From positions 19,092 to 83,091 of the IMG/VR virus record IMGVR_UViG_3300042352_000969: a stretch of 64,000 bases of DNA; one strand, 5' to 3'. Within the stretch, counting starts at the first letter, position 1; the number at the start of each line of letters is the position of its first letter. Under the pieces are notes generated by a model, which was not told the origin of the DNA, made no database searches, and was given only the letters and a program-made list of their open reading frames with translations. The DNA comes from a virus. Taxonomy: Duplodnaviria > Caudoviricetes. A program made the translations under genes and the position numbers. Shown piece by piece: positions 17,382 to 27,458 of the stretch.

Positions 17382-19139
17382 ATGGGAACAAAATTTACAG
17401 ACTTATCAGCAATAACAAGTTCGACAATAACAGATAATTTTGTTTTTGCTGTCGCTACGACAACAGAAACGGATCAATTGTCATTAAATGAGCTTCAAAA
17501 GTCATTTACTGGATTAACCGCTAGAACGACAAATGGTATAAAAATAGTAGGAAAAACTAAACCAAGTGGTATTTTTGTTAGTGATAATGGATTAGTGGGA
17601 GTAGATAATAACTCTCCAGACGTAGCATTAGAAGTAGGCGATTCTTTTCTTTCTACAAATGTGGCTCAAGTAAGAGTAACCGCTGGTTCATCTTCAAGAC
17701 AAGCGTCTTATTCTTTAAAAGACACTAGCGTTTTATGGAAGTTTACTAAAAAAGCTAGTGATACAGATTTTTATATTGAAGTTTCTCAAGATGGCGGGGC
17801 TACGCCTTCGACTACTGGAGTTTTTAATATAGATGTAAGCGGTAATGTTGGTATCTTTAATGGTTCAACAGCTTTATCTAATAAGTTTTATGTTTCTGGA
17901 GGAACTATAAAATTCGAAAGCGGAGTTTCTGGTTTTCTTTTTGATCCTTCAACAGCAGAAATAAAGACTTCTTCTGCTAATGATATTTTTTATATAAATA
18001 AAACAAATAATGATGATGTTGTTTTAGGTAATAATGTTTTATACGTGGATAATAATACATCGGTTCCTTTTATAGGAATTAATAATATTACTCCAGCTTA
18101 TCCTTTAGATATAAAAGGTTCGGGTCAATTAGGAAGATATGGAAATAATACAACGGCAACTACTAGTTTATCTTTTGAAAATACCGCAAGAACTGGATAC
18201 ATAGGAGTATATAATTCAAATTTTCAAATAGGTCCAACAAATTCTTTGTCTACAAACAATTTAGTTTATGATTTAGCTAATAGAAAATTAGGATTAGGAA
18301 CTACAACACCAACTGCAAAAATACATGTAGTTACTGACACTGCCGAAAATAGCGTTTTTGAATGTTATAATACTGAAACTTGTAAAAGCACTATTTTAAA
18401 CAGTTATGCAAGTGGTCCAGCTAAAACTGCATTTCAATCATTTGCTACTGGAACAGCTAGTAGTCAAATAACAAAATGGTCAATTGGTTTATTAAACAGT
18501 ATTAGTCCAGCATTTGATAGTGTTTTTGCTTTTTCATTAGGCGGTAGTTTAAGTGCGTCTGCTATAAAAGCTTATTTAAATGTTGATGGAGATTTGGATA
18601 TAAAAGGAGGAATAACCACAAGCGGAAATTATACTAAAGGAAAATTTGTTCAAGTTTTTAAGACTAGATTGACAGGAAACAATATTTATTTCGATCCATT
18701 TTCTGAATCTTCAAGTTCAAGCCCTAGTGGTCATAATTCAGTTTTATGCCCATTTGGAATAACTCCTTACGCTGGCAGAATAGAAAAAATTCAAATAATA
18801 AGTTCAGATAACATTAGCTCATATGCTGATGCTAGATTTGAAATAGCGGCGGTAACTCCAACGGCTAATACTCCTATAGGAGTTATAGATCAAACTACAT
18901 TTTTACCATGTTCTACTAGCGCTACAATAAGTGGTGCAATAGGATATTTAGAGATAGCATCTATAACTAGAAATCAACTATTAACTTTAAGTAGAACTCA
19001 ATTTACAAATACAACAGCTTTTGCTTCTGGACAATTATTGCAATATAGAGTATGTCAAGATGCTAATGCTTCTAGTCCAGGTCAAACCACAGCTAAGAAT
19101 TTTACAATTATGTCAACAGTTTCTTTTACAGTGACATGA
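17382..19139 (+). CDS. Tail fibre-like protein
   Basis: Repeated (V/I)G(I/V/L)xxxxPxxxLxV fibre motifs (VGVDNNSPDVALEV, IGINNITPAYPLDI, LGLGTTTPTAKIHV). Confidence 0.6.
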   Translation: MGTKFTDLSAITSSTITDNFVFAVATTTETDQLSLNELQKSFTGLTARTTNGIKIVGKTKPSGIFVSDNGLVGVDNNSPDVALEVGDSFLSTNVAQVRVTAGSSSRQASYSLKDTSVLWKFTKKASDTDFYIEVSQDGGATPSTTGVFNIDVSGNVGIFNGSTALSNKFYVSGGTIKFESGVSGFLFDPSTAEIKTSSANDIFYINKTNNDDVVLGNNVLYVDNNTSVPFIGINNITPAYPLDIKGSGQLGRYGNNTTATTSLSFENTARTGYIGVYNSNFQIGPTNSLSTNNLVYDLANRKLGLGTTTPTAKIHVVTDTAENSVFECYNTETCKSTILNSYASGPAKTAFQSFATGTASSQITKWSIGLLNSISPAFDSVFAFSLGGSLSASAIKAYLNVDGDLDIKGGITTSGNYTKGKFVQVFKTRLTGNNIYFDPFSESSSSSPSGHNSVLCPFGITPYAGRIEKIQIISSDNISSYADARFEIAAVTPTANTPIGVIDQTTFLPCSTSATISGAIGYLEIASITRNQLLTLSRTQFTNTTAFASGQLLQYRVCQDANASSPGQTTAKNFTIMSTVSFTVT

Positions 19140-19140
19140 T

Positions 19141-19935
19141 ATGGCTAAATTCATAAACTATCAAAATCTTGATTTTAAATTAAATTCTCAGAATTTTTAT
19201 GCTAATAAAATAAGTTTATCAATTAACGCTTCTGTTGATCCTGTATTGGTAAGTGATGGCAGTTTACTCGACTACGCTCCGCAGGGATCGTTAGTAGGGT
19301 CTTTATCTGCTGATTTTTATCTGACTGGTGCTTTACCAAATTTTTTAGATATTACAGGAACAAATTCTACTCAAATAACAGGTTTATTTGGCGGCGTTCA
19401 AATAGATAATTTATACGCCAAATCTTTAAGTTTTTCAGTAGAACCGTTTCAACCAACTATATTATCAGTTGAATTTGATTGGTATGGTCGCTTATCAATA
19501 CAAAATATAGAAGAACAAAAGGTTTCAGAAAGACAAAGCAAGCAAGTTCCGCAGTATGTTGCTAATGCTTATAGATCATCTATGACGAATACTGATTTAG
19601 ATGGTGTTGAAAGTATAGTAAATTTTTCTTATAATTCTAGCTGTGATAGGCCAGCATTTTTTAAAGTTGATGAAGTTGTTCCTTTTAGAGTAGCTAAATT
19701 AAATAAAAAAGCTGAAATAAGTTTATCTTCTAATAGTTTGGGCGATTCTATAGATATAGATGGAAAAATGGTAACAACAACTTTAACTTTAAAAGATTTA
19801 TACAATACTACTTTGCAGACTTTTTATGTTAGCGGCGTGATGAATAATCAAAAATATGAAATAAGTGAAGGCAATTATTTGTTGACTTCTGCTAATATTT
19901 ATCAACAAGTTACTGAAGTAAAGACTTTAATATAA
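19141..19935 (+). CDS. Tail protein, possibly tube / hub-like
   Basis: Beta-rich, inside the tail operon; weak resemblance to the 16469 protein (LYAKSLSFSVEPFQPTILSVEFDWYG). Confidence 0.35.
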   Translation: MAKFINYQNLDFKLNSQNFYANKISLSINASVDPVLVSDGSLLDYAPQGSLVGSLSADFYLTGALPNFLDITGTNSTQITGLFGGVQIDNLYAKSLSFSVEPFQPTILSVEFDWYGRLSIQNIEEQKVSERQSKQVPQYVANAYRSSMTNTDLDGVESIVNFSYNSSCDRPAFFKVDEVVPFRVAKLNKKAEISLSSNSLGDSIDIDGKMVTTTLTLKDLYNTTLQTFYVSGVMNNQKYEISEGNYLLTSANIYQQVTEVKTLI

Positions 19936-19936
19936 T

Positions 19937-21787
19937 ATGAGTTATTTAATATCAGGTTTAAATATAAAAAATATATCTGAGTATAATAGTTCGTCTTTAT
20001 ATTCTAAATTTGATATAATCGATTATCAGTTAAATACAGGTATTTCTGTAATGCCTAATTATACAGGTTTTGGAATAACTGGTTTGACTACTTGGTTCAA
20101 CAATGATAGTTTAAATAATTTTTTAACTGATACTAGTTTTAGAGTTACAGGTTGGTTGAATAATGTGTCTGGAAGTGGAAATTTATTTACTACAACTTCT
20201 GATGTTAATAATCGTGGAAGAGTCGATTTTAACGAATCTTATATTACATTATCTGACTCACAAGTTTTAAGCGGTTCTGGTTTTAATTCAGATTCTAGAG
20301 TTTTATTATTAGCTTTTGAAGTTTTGACTCCATCGAATATCACTGAACAAACAATTTGCAAATTTGGAACGGGGGATAATTATGGATTATTAAAAGTAAA
20401 TGGTAAGGACGAATTATTTTCAGCGAAATTTATATTAGATAATCAACAGTTCGATGCTATTTCTAGCATTTACGATGACAAGAATATTGTAACTTTGATT
20501 CAAAACTCTTCAGCTAACACTATAAAAATTAGACAAAATGGATATGAATTAGGAACATATTCGTCTTTTAATGATTATTGGAAATCCGGTGAATTAACTT
20601 TAGGATTAAATCCTAACAATGTTGGCGTAAGATATCATGAAATAATTCATTTCACTGGCTCTTTAAATACTTCTCAAATAGATCAATATGAAAAATATTT
20701 ATTTGAAAAGTATTTTAAAAACGAAGGTTTGTATTTTGCAAAAAATAATGTTCCAACTGGGTCTGATTATTCACCAATAACATATACTGGAAATAGTTAT
20801 TGGACAAGAGATATAAATGATTTATTTTTTCTTTCTTATGGAAGTTCGGCTTCTTTTTCAGCAAAATTGTCTCCTTTAACATTTGGCGATGGATACAAGA
20901 CAAATGTAACTAATGGGATAAATACATTAAGCTCTAAATTTAATATTGTTTATGATGGCTTAACAGATTTACAAGCAAAAACTTTAATAACTTATTTTGA
21001 AAACACCCCACAATCACAAAATAAGAGTGATTATGAAGGTTTTAAAGGAGTTGATTTAAATTTATTCACTCCTTACAAACAAGATTGCGAAACTTACTTT
21101 TTAAATATAAATCATTCTACTCCTTACAATGATATTAATAAAATTAATATAGAAGCGGAATCGTTTTATGAAAGTTGTTTAAATTATAAAGGAATGTATG
21201 TTTTGTTGGACGAGAAGAGTATAAAAACATATACCGATACTACATTCGAATTTGCTTATAATGATGTGTTTTATTATCCATCAACAAATTTTTCTCAAAG
21301 AGGGTATTATTTTTATACTGGACAGGCTAAAGGTGTGGCTCAAGGTTCGACTGGTCCTTTATTACCTCAAAACAGCCCAACAGGAGTAAACACTTATTTT
21401 ACTAGAGACTTTTATTTTAAACAAGATATTGAATATGATATTCAAGAAAATATAAGAATTAAATCAGTAGATTTTAAAAACTCTACAAAAGAGTATAGAA
21501 AAGATGGTGAGTATCCTAATATTTTTGAATTTGAAGTTAAATTAACAAAAAGATCAAATAAAGAAGCTTTAGCGATTTTAAAATTTTTAGATGATAAAGC
21601 GGGATTTAAAATTTTTAATTATACTTTGCCTCAACCGTATAATAAAACGATTCAAGTTTACTGTCCTGAATGGAATCATACTTATCAATTTTATGACAAC
21701 AATAGTATAAATGCAAAATTTATTCAGTTTAATAATAAATTCTCAGCATCAACAGTTTTCAATTCATTAATAACTTTTACTTCATGA
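19937..21787 (+). CDS. Lambda gpM-like minor tail protein with two gpM-like domains and a LamG-like insert
   Basis: TFGDGYKTNVTNGIN gpM motif; a second gpM-like segment (AILKFLDDKAGFKIFNYTLP); insert LTTWFNN...TGWLNNVSG...HEIIHFTGSLNTSQIDQYEKYLFEKY. Confidence 0.65.
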   Translation: MSYLISGLNIKNISEYNSSSLYSKFDIIDYQLNTGISVMPNYTGFGITGLTTWFNNDSLNNFLTDTSFRVTGWLNNVSGSGNLFTTTSDVNNRGRVDFNESYITLSDSQVLSGSGFNSDSRVLLLAFEVLTPSNITEQTICKFGTGDNYGLLKVNGKDELFSAKFILDNQQFDAISSIYDDKNIVTLIQNSSANTIKIRQNGYELGTYSSFNDYWKSGELTLGLNPNNVGVRYHEIIHFTGSLNTSQIDQYEKYLFEKYFKNEGLYFAKNNVPTGSDYSPITYTGNSYWTRDINDLFFLSYGSSASFSAKLSPLTFGDGYKTNVTNGINTLSSKFNIVYDGLTDLQAKTLITYFENTPQSQNKSDYEGFKGVDLNLFTPYKQDCETYFLNINHSTPYNDINKINIEAESFYESCLNYKGMYVLLDEKSIKTYTDTTFEFAYNDVFYYPSTNFSQRGYYFYTGQAKGVAQGSTGPLLPQNSPTGVNTYFTRDFYFKQDIEYDIQENIRIKSVDFKNSTKEYRKDGEYPNIFEFEVKLTKRSNKEALAILKFLDDKAGFKIFNYTLPQPYNKTIQVYCPEWNHTYQFYDNNSINAKFIQFNNKFSASTVFNSLITFTS

Positions 21788-23217
21788 GTACATATTTAAC
21801 AGGTGTAAGCTTAGGACAAGTACCAACTGGATTTGGTGGTTATACTGGAGTAGTTATTCAAAATAGTGGTAATTTTCCAGTTCAGTATAAAATAAATATA
21901 TCTAATACTACTTTTGATGCTTCTGTAACTCCTACGACAGCCGCAGGTGGTTTGTTATATGACACTATATTTATATCTGATTCTTTAGATTATTTAGATC
22001 CAGATCAAAAACAAATAACAAAAATAATAAATTGTAATGAATCGGGATCTTTTTATATATTACACAGTCCATTTAGAACTTTTAATTTATCTACAGATAG
22101 ATCACAAGGACAAGAATACGCTACTGTAACAATTGATTCGCAATCGAATATTGGCGACTCAGATAGTAATTTAACTATTAATGTTACTGGAAATAGAATA
22201 ACAGGATTTCCTATTCCTAAAAAATTGGGCAAATTTTATGCTGTAAAAAACTATTCAAAAATAGATGCAAGTCCAAGTTTAGCTTTTTATTGGTCTTGTA
22301 TTAATAATTTAGATTATTATACAGGATTTAAGTTAGAATTGTCTACTGATTCGTCTTTCACTTCGCCTATTATTAACTATGAATATGTACAAGAAAATAC
22401 AGATGGTGTGTTTCCTTTGTATGGAGGTTATGATGGTTTTAACAATGAAAACCATTCAGTTACAAAAACAAACTTATCTTTTAATCAAAATTATTACGCT
22501 AGAATTCAAGCAGTTAATGTGACTGGCGGTACTGGAGAATATACTTATGCTACTGGTTATGATTATGATTATCCTATATTAGATGATGCTACATATAGTG
22601 GAAATCATGCAAGCCCCGGTGAAAATTTAATAATAACTCCAACTATATTATATTTAAATTACTTATCTAATACTGAAAGTGATTTCGATTTATTTGAATC
22701 TCTTTACAAGCTAAATGGAGATTCAGCAGATTTTAGAAAATACTCTGGAATAAATGTAAAATTTTCTCCAAGTGATAACTCAATTGGTAATGCAATATAT
22801 AAATCTTCCGACGTTTCTAAAGGAGCTATTAATTTTATACCCAGAAGTAATATACAAATGGCTTTTAATACAGGAGTTGGTGGTATATTTAGATTAGAAT
22901 TAGAATTTGAAAATGTTAATTTATATGGTTATGGCGGTCAAGGGGTTCAGGTAAGGGGTGATGGAGATTTTTCAGCAGCAACAAATGGTGGTCCAATATT
23001 TAAATTTGATGATGTAAAATACAATGATACATCTGATAGTTTAAACACAAGAACTATACAGTATTATGTATATAAAGATTTAGATAGCCTTTTTTATGCG
23101 GGTATTGGTGGTGGACAAGGTTTGTTATTAACCGACGAAACTAATAAAGGTTTTTCAATACCAATAAATGGATCAGAAATAAAAACAATAAACCACATTA
23201 ACTTAAAAAATCCATAA
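21784..23217 (+). CDS. Tail-associated structural protein with an FnIII-like domain
   Basis: LAFYWS...FKLELSTDSSF...NLSFNQNYYARIQAVN resembles FnIII; lies in the tail operon. Confidence 0.45.
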   Translation: MSTYLTGVSLGQVPTGFGGYTGVVIQNSGNFPVQYKINISNTTFDASVTPTTAAGGLLYDTIFISDSLDYLDPDQKQITKIINCNESGSFYILHSPFRTFNLSTDRSQGQEYATVTIDSQSNIGDSDSNLTINVTGNRITGFPIPKKLGKFYAVKNYSKIDASPSLAFYWSCINNLDYYTGFKLELSTDSSFTSPIINYEYVQENTDGVFPLYGGYDGFNNENHSVTKTNLSFNQNYYARIQAVNVTGGTGEYTYATGYDYDYPILDDATYSGNHASPGENLIITPTILYLNYLSNTESDFDLFESLYKLNGDSADFRKYSGINVKFSPSDNSIGNAIYKSSDVSKGAINFIPRSNIQMAFNTGVGGIFRLELEFENVNLYGYGGQGVQVRGDGDFSAATNGGPIFKFDDVKYNDTSDSLNTRTIQYYVYKDLDSLFYAGIGGGQGLLLTDETNKGFSIPINGSEIKTINHINLKNP

Positions 23218-23218
23218 T

Positions 23219-24655
23219 ATGGGACAATATAAAATAGGAACTATTAATTACCTGTCTGAAGATAAGGCTGTTATATATGATGATAATATAACTACTGCTA
23301 TAAATATATATAAAGTTGATCCTGATTCCAAACCAGTCAACGATTCTGTATCTAGTTCACAGACCGCTACTCTAGTACCACCAGTAAATTCAACGACTAT
23401 AAATGCAAATGGACAAACCGTAACTCCTTTTTCTCAAGGGGTAAGCGTTAATGGTGTTGGGTCAAATGCAGACTCTGGAAAATTAACATCTATAGCGTCA
23501 AGTACATTACCAAATATATACTTTAATATAAGAAAAAATTCATTTGATAGCAAAAGTTTATATTTTAGATTTAAAACAAGCGATATATCTGGTTCAGCGG
23601 GCGCACAAACAAATACTTGGGCATCAGATACTAATATATTATCTGGTTTGTCGTTAACTGGAGATGCTAATTGTTTAAGAGTTACACAAGCTTATGGTCA
23701 AAAATTTTACGAATTAGCTTCAACAAAAAGTATTGGCATATCTAATTTTTCTTTTAATGTGCCAAAAAATCCAAGTTATGCTTTTTTAGTTTATGCTTTA
23801 GCTAACGAAAGCACAACAAGCGCTTTATTTTCACATTCTAATCAAATTCATAAATTTCAAGCGGCTTCAGATAGTGGTGCAACAATATATAATAATAGTC
23901 ATAAGGCTGCAAAAAGCGGTCAGCCACAAAGAAATTATAACGTTTTTTCTTTATCTCCATTGTTATCTTCACAGTTCGTCTCTGAATATCAACAAAGAAA
24001 CGGTTTAGATACAGTAAATATAAAAAATACTTATTTTTCTAGTGACTTTGACGTTTTTCAAAATACCACTGGTGTTATAACAGATTCTGGAGTAAACAAT
24101 GTTAATCCGCCGCCTAAATTTATTTCTAATAAATTTTTTAATTTATGCAATACGCCTAATTCTTTAGCGTCTCCAACAGCAACAAATACTCCATTTATAA
24201 TTAATCAAGGAGCTTCGGATATACCTTTAAATACTTTTTCTTTATTTTTTGTCGAAATGTATAGTTATTTAGAATTGCCGTCTTCAAATCAACAAAATGC
24301 TGCTTATAATATTTTGAATGTAATTACTAAAGTAAATGGTTTAATATCTTATACGGCAAAAATATTAATAAAACCAGATATAAATTATTCTAATAATATA
24401 AATTGCAACATTTCAATTGGAAATAATCCAGGTTCTGGTGGAGTAAAAATGTTTTTGTTTGATTATTTATATGGAACTTCAAGAGATGTTTCTTCAATGA
24501 CTCAAGATAGAAATCTTATTTTAGAATCGTTAGGTTATGATAATAGAAAAGTTTTATTAAAAAGTTCAAGCGATTTACAAATGACTAACTCAACTTCATC
24601 TTTAAGATTTCCAGCGAATCTATCGCATCCTTTTTTGAACATGTATTTTAGTTAA
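23219..24655 (+). CDS. Tail-associated protein, possibly with a divergent LamG-like domain
   Basis: Ser/Thr/Asn-rich; LYFRFKTSDISG...TNTWASD weakly parallels the LamG-like inserts of its neighbours. Confidence 0.35.
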   Translation: MGQYKIGTINYLSEDKAVIYDDNITTAINIYKVDPDSKPVNDSVSSSQTATLVPPVNSTTINANGQTVTPFSQGVSVNGVGSNADSGKLTSIASSTLPNIYFNIRKNSFDSKSLYFRFKTSDISGSAGAQTNTWASDTNILSGLSLTGDANCLRVTQAYGQKFYELASTKSIGISNFSFNVPKNPSYAFLVYALANESTTSALFSHSNQIHKFQAASDSGATIYNNSHKAAKSGQPQRNYNVFSLSPLLSSQFVSEYQQRNGLDTVNIKNTYFSSDFDVFQNTTGVITDSGVNNVNPPPKFISNKFFNLCNTPNSLASPTATNTPFIINQGASDIPLNTFSLFFVEMYSYLELPSSNQQNAAYNILNVITKVNGLISYTAKILIKPDINYSNNINCNISIGNNPGSGGVKMFLFDYLYGTSRDVSSMTQDRNLILESLGYDNRKVLLKSSSDLQMTNSTSSLRFPANLSHPFLNMYFS

Positions 24656-24657
24656 TA

Positions 24658-24663
24658 GTGTAA
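24658..24663 (+). promoter_or_regulatory. GTGTAA motif 29 nt upstream of the gpL-like start
   Basis: TAGTGTAA followed by a G-free leader to ATG 24693. Confidence 0.45.
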
Positions 24664-24692
24664 ATTTATTTTTAATTCTTTATTATATTAAA

Positions 24693-26567
24693 ATGTCAAA
24701 TTTATTTTTATTGGATAATACGAGTGTTTTAGATCTTTTTGAAATAAAGCTAAATGATTTTGATGGATATTTTAGGTTTCATGGATCTAAAAACTTAAAA
24801 TCAAACATTATTTTTAAAGAAAAAGAGTATATTTTTATTCCTTGCGAGATATCTAATTTGGAATATTCTTCAGAAGCGAAGCAAAATAGACCTACTTTAT
24901 CTATAGCAAATGTAAATAATTATATCAGTAATTTGATAAAAGACAGAAAAGATCTTATAGGTAAGCGTTTTTATAGAAAAAAAATACTAACAAAAGATTT
25001 AGATGATGTTAATTTTGGTGGATCTAATAAAAACACTTTAGGAGTTTCTTCTTTTTCATCTTTTATATCTGTTGATACGTTTGTTATTCAGAAAAAGAAT
25101 TCTGAAAATAAAGATAAAGTAGAATTTCAATTGGCTAATATTTTGGATTTGGATGGTCAAACGGTTCCGTCAAGAAAGGTTTATAATGATATTTGCCAGT
25201 GGCAATATAGAGGATATGGATGTAATTATGGAAAATTATCTGATTACGATGGCCCAACAATACCAGTCAAAATAACAAATTTTACCACTCTCGCTTCTGT
25301 AATAAGCGCATCTTCTAATGATTTACTTACTACAAATTTATCGTTATGGTTAAATAATACTACTGGAAAAACGTATGGTTCTACTACTACTGAGGTAGCA
25401 GCATCTTCTGGGAAAAAATATTTATTTCAAAAATTAACGGCTTGGGCAGACAGTTCGACTACTATAAATACTAGCGGAACTGCTAAAACTATAACTCTGA
25501 CGGGTAATTTAAAAAAATTTACAAATTCAGGAAGATTAAATAATCAAGAAGGAGCATTCTTATTAGCCGAAGATTCATTATTAATTGATTTTGAATTTTT
25601 TGGAGCTAGTAATGACTTGACTATTTTTTATGTTTCTGAGGCCACTAATAAAAGATTCGATACAGCTAGAAAAAACGCGCCGAATGGTGGGTATATAGCT
25701 AGAGGATTAACTTCAAGTACTGGAGATTCAAATAAAAATTTTTTACTTGGTTATCATGGAGGTTTTTCGGATGTTGTTTTTCCTTCAAATAGTTTTAAGA
25801 ATGATAAAAAAATTTGGGCTTATTATGATTTATCTCCCAAAATATACGCTTATTCAAATAAAGATGGTGGAAACAAGATATTATATAAAAATGGTTCAAC
25901 TTTATTTTCAAGAACTGGGAGTTTAGATTTGAACGCTTTAAAGTTAGGTTTTAATAAAATTAATGATGAAGTTAGTGATATTGTCATTTATGAAGTGATT
26001 ATTTTTAATAAAGTATTAAACGACGCTGCAATAAAATCTGTTTTTTCATATCTATCTATTAAGTATAATATACAAATATCTAATTATTACCAAAATCTTG
26101 AAACTATTAAAGGGTCAACAATTTTTAGTCAATCAGCTTTTACTCAAGAAGGAAATTTAGGGGTTACAGTTGCAGATGAAAATAATAAACTATTTTTAAA
26201 ATATCCAGATAATATTTATTCTAATTTTGAATCTTATGGTTTAACCAGTTTAAGTTATAAAGGCGATTACAATAGCAATACAGTTTATTCACAGGGAGAT
26301 TTTGTAAAAATAGATGAAGAAATTGATTTTGATTTTAATGAAACAGTAATTCAAAAAAATTCTATTTTGCCTTCTCGTTTTTTTGTTTGTTTAAGCAATG
26401 AGGGAGTATCAGCTAAACATCCTATGGATTATACTAATATATGGAAAGAGGATAAATGTTCTAGAAATTTAAATGGTTGTTCTTTGAGATTTAATGATAT
26501 TAAAAATATTCCTTTTGGTTCGTTTCCTGGAACTTTAAGTTATGATTATAAATTACCAGGATCTTAA
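24693..26567 (+). CDS. Lambda gpL-like tail tip protein with a LamG-like insert
   Basis: LDLFEI, PCEISNLE..S...RPTLSIAN, ICQWQYRGYGCNY, DKCSRNLNGCSLRF, PFGSFPG; four Cys in the gpL Fe-S pattern. Confidence 0.8.
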   Translation: MSNLFLLDNTSVLDLFEIKLNDFDGYFRFHGSKNLKSNIIFKEKEYIFIPCEISNLEYSSEAKQNRPTLSIANVNNYISNLIKDRKDLIGKRFYRKKILTKDLDDVNFGGSNKNTLGVSSFSSFISVDTFVIQKKNSENKDKVEFQLANILDLDGQTVPSRKVYNDICQWQYRGYGCNYGKLSDYDGPTIPVKITNFTTLASVISASSNDLLTTNLSLWLNNTTGKTYGSTTTEVAASSGKKYLFQKLTAWADSSTTINTSGTAKTITLTGNLKKFTNSGRLNNQEGAFLLAEDSLLIDFEFFGASNDLTIFYVSEATNKRFDTARKNAPNGGYIARGLTSSTGDSNKNFLLGYHGGFSDVVFPSNSFKNDKKIWAYYDLSPKIYAYSNKDGGNKILYKNGSTLFSRTGSLDLNALKLGFNKINDEVSDIVIYEVIIFNKVLNDAAIKSVFSYLSIKYNIQISNYYQNLETIKGSTIFSQSAFTQEGNLGVTVADENNKLFLKYPDNIYSNFESYGLTSLSYKGDYNSNTVYSQGDFVKIDEEIDFDFNETVIQKNSILPSRFFVCLSNEGVSAKHPMDYTNIWKEDKCSRNLNGCSLRFNDIKNIPFGSFPGTLSYDYKLPGS

Positions 26568-26880
26568 TAAAAATCTTTTAGAAGAACTAAGAAAAGAAAG
26601 TTTATCTTCAGATGATGAAATCTGCGGTTTTTTATTAAAAAAAAATAATGATTATTATTTTAAAAAAATGGTAAACGTTCATCCAAATCCTAAAAGTTTT
26701 TTTCTTATATCTCCAAAAGAAAGCGATTATTCTGATGAATGTATCGTTTTTCATAGTCATCCAGAACATGTAAAAGAAAAAGGATTTTCTAAATGGGACT
26801 TAGAAAATCAAAAATATTTTTATTTGCCTATGCTTTTATACAGTGTAAATAATGATGAGTTTTATTACAAAAACATATGA
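26542..26880 (+). CDS. Lambda gpK-like JAB/MPN domain protein (no NlpC/P60 domain)
   Basis: DEICGFL...VFHSHP...FSKWD; position between the L-like and I-like genes. Confidence 0.8.
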   Translation: MIINYQDLNKNLLEELRKESLSSDDEICGFLLKKNNDYYFKKMVNVHPNPKSFFLISPKESDYSDECIVFHSHPEHVKEKGFSKWDLENQKYFYLPMLLYSVNNDEFYYKNI

Positions 26881-27449
26881 TAAACATAATTTTAGAAGGC
26901 GTATTGGGAAAAACTCTAGGAAATTCATGGAGTTTAAATGTAAATTCTGTTTTAGAAGTTTTTGAAGCTATAGAGGCTAACACAAATAGAATAACAAAAT
27001 TTTATAAAGATTTAGAAAAGACAATGACGCATTTTGTTGTTTATATAGATGATAAAATCATGCCTCACCATTTATTAAATAGTAAAATTTTAAATTCTGG
27101 ATCTACAGTAAAAATACTTCCTATTATACAAGGATCCGAGCCAACTACTATGGTAATAATTGGATTAACTTTAATAGCTTTATCAATAGTTTTGTCAATC
27201 GTACTAAGCCCAAAACAACCTAAAGACGTAAAAACAAACTCAACAATCATTGGTGGAATAAGAAATGTTTTGAATAGAAATATAGCTGTACCTATTGGTT
27301 ATGGAAGGTTGAGAATAGGAAGTGCAGTTATTTCTAATGATATTGGAATTTCTGCTGCCGAAGGAACGGTTTATTCCGTTGCTGGCGGAAGTTCTTTTGC
27401 TGGTTATGGTGGAGGCGGTAATGTTCAAATAGTTAAAAAATTGAATTAA
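26877..27449 (+). CDS. Lambda gpI-like tail assembly protein
   Basis: IILEGVLGKTLG...VNSVLEVFEAI, hydrophobic central stretch, VPIGYGRLRIGSAVIS. Confidence 0.8.
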   Translation: MINIILEGVLGKTLGNSWSLNVNSVLEVFEAIEANTNRITKFYKDLEKTMTHFVVYIDDKIMPHHLLNSKILNSGSTVKILPIIQGSEPTTMVIIGLTLIALSIVLSIVLSPKQPKDVKTNSTIIGGIRNVLNRNIAVPIGYGRLRIGSAVISNDIGISAAEGTVYSVAGGSSFAGYGGGGNVQIVKKLN

Positions 27450-27458
27450 CAAAACATT

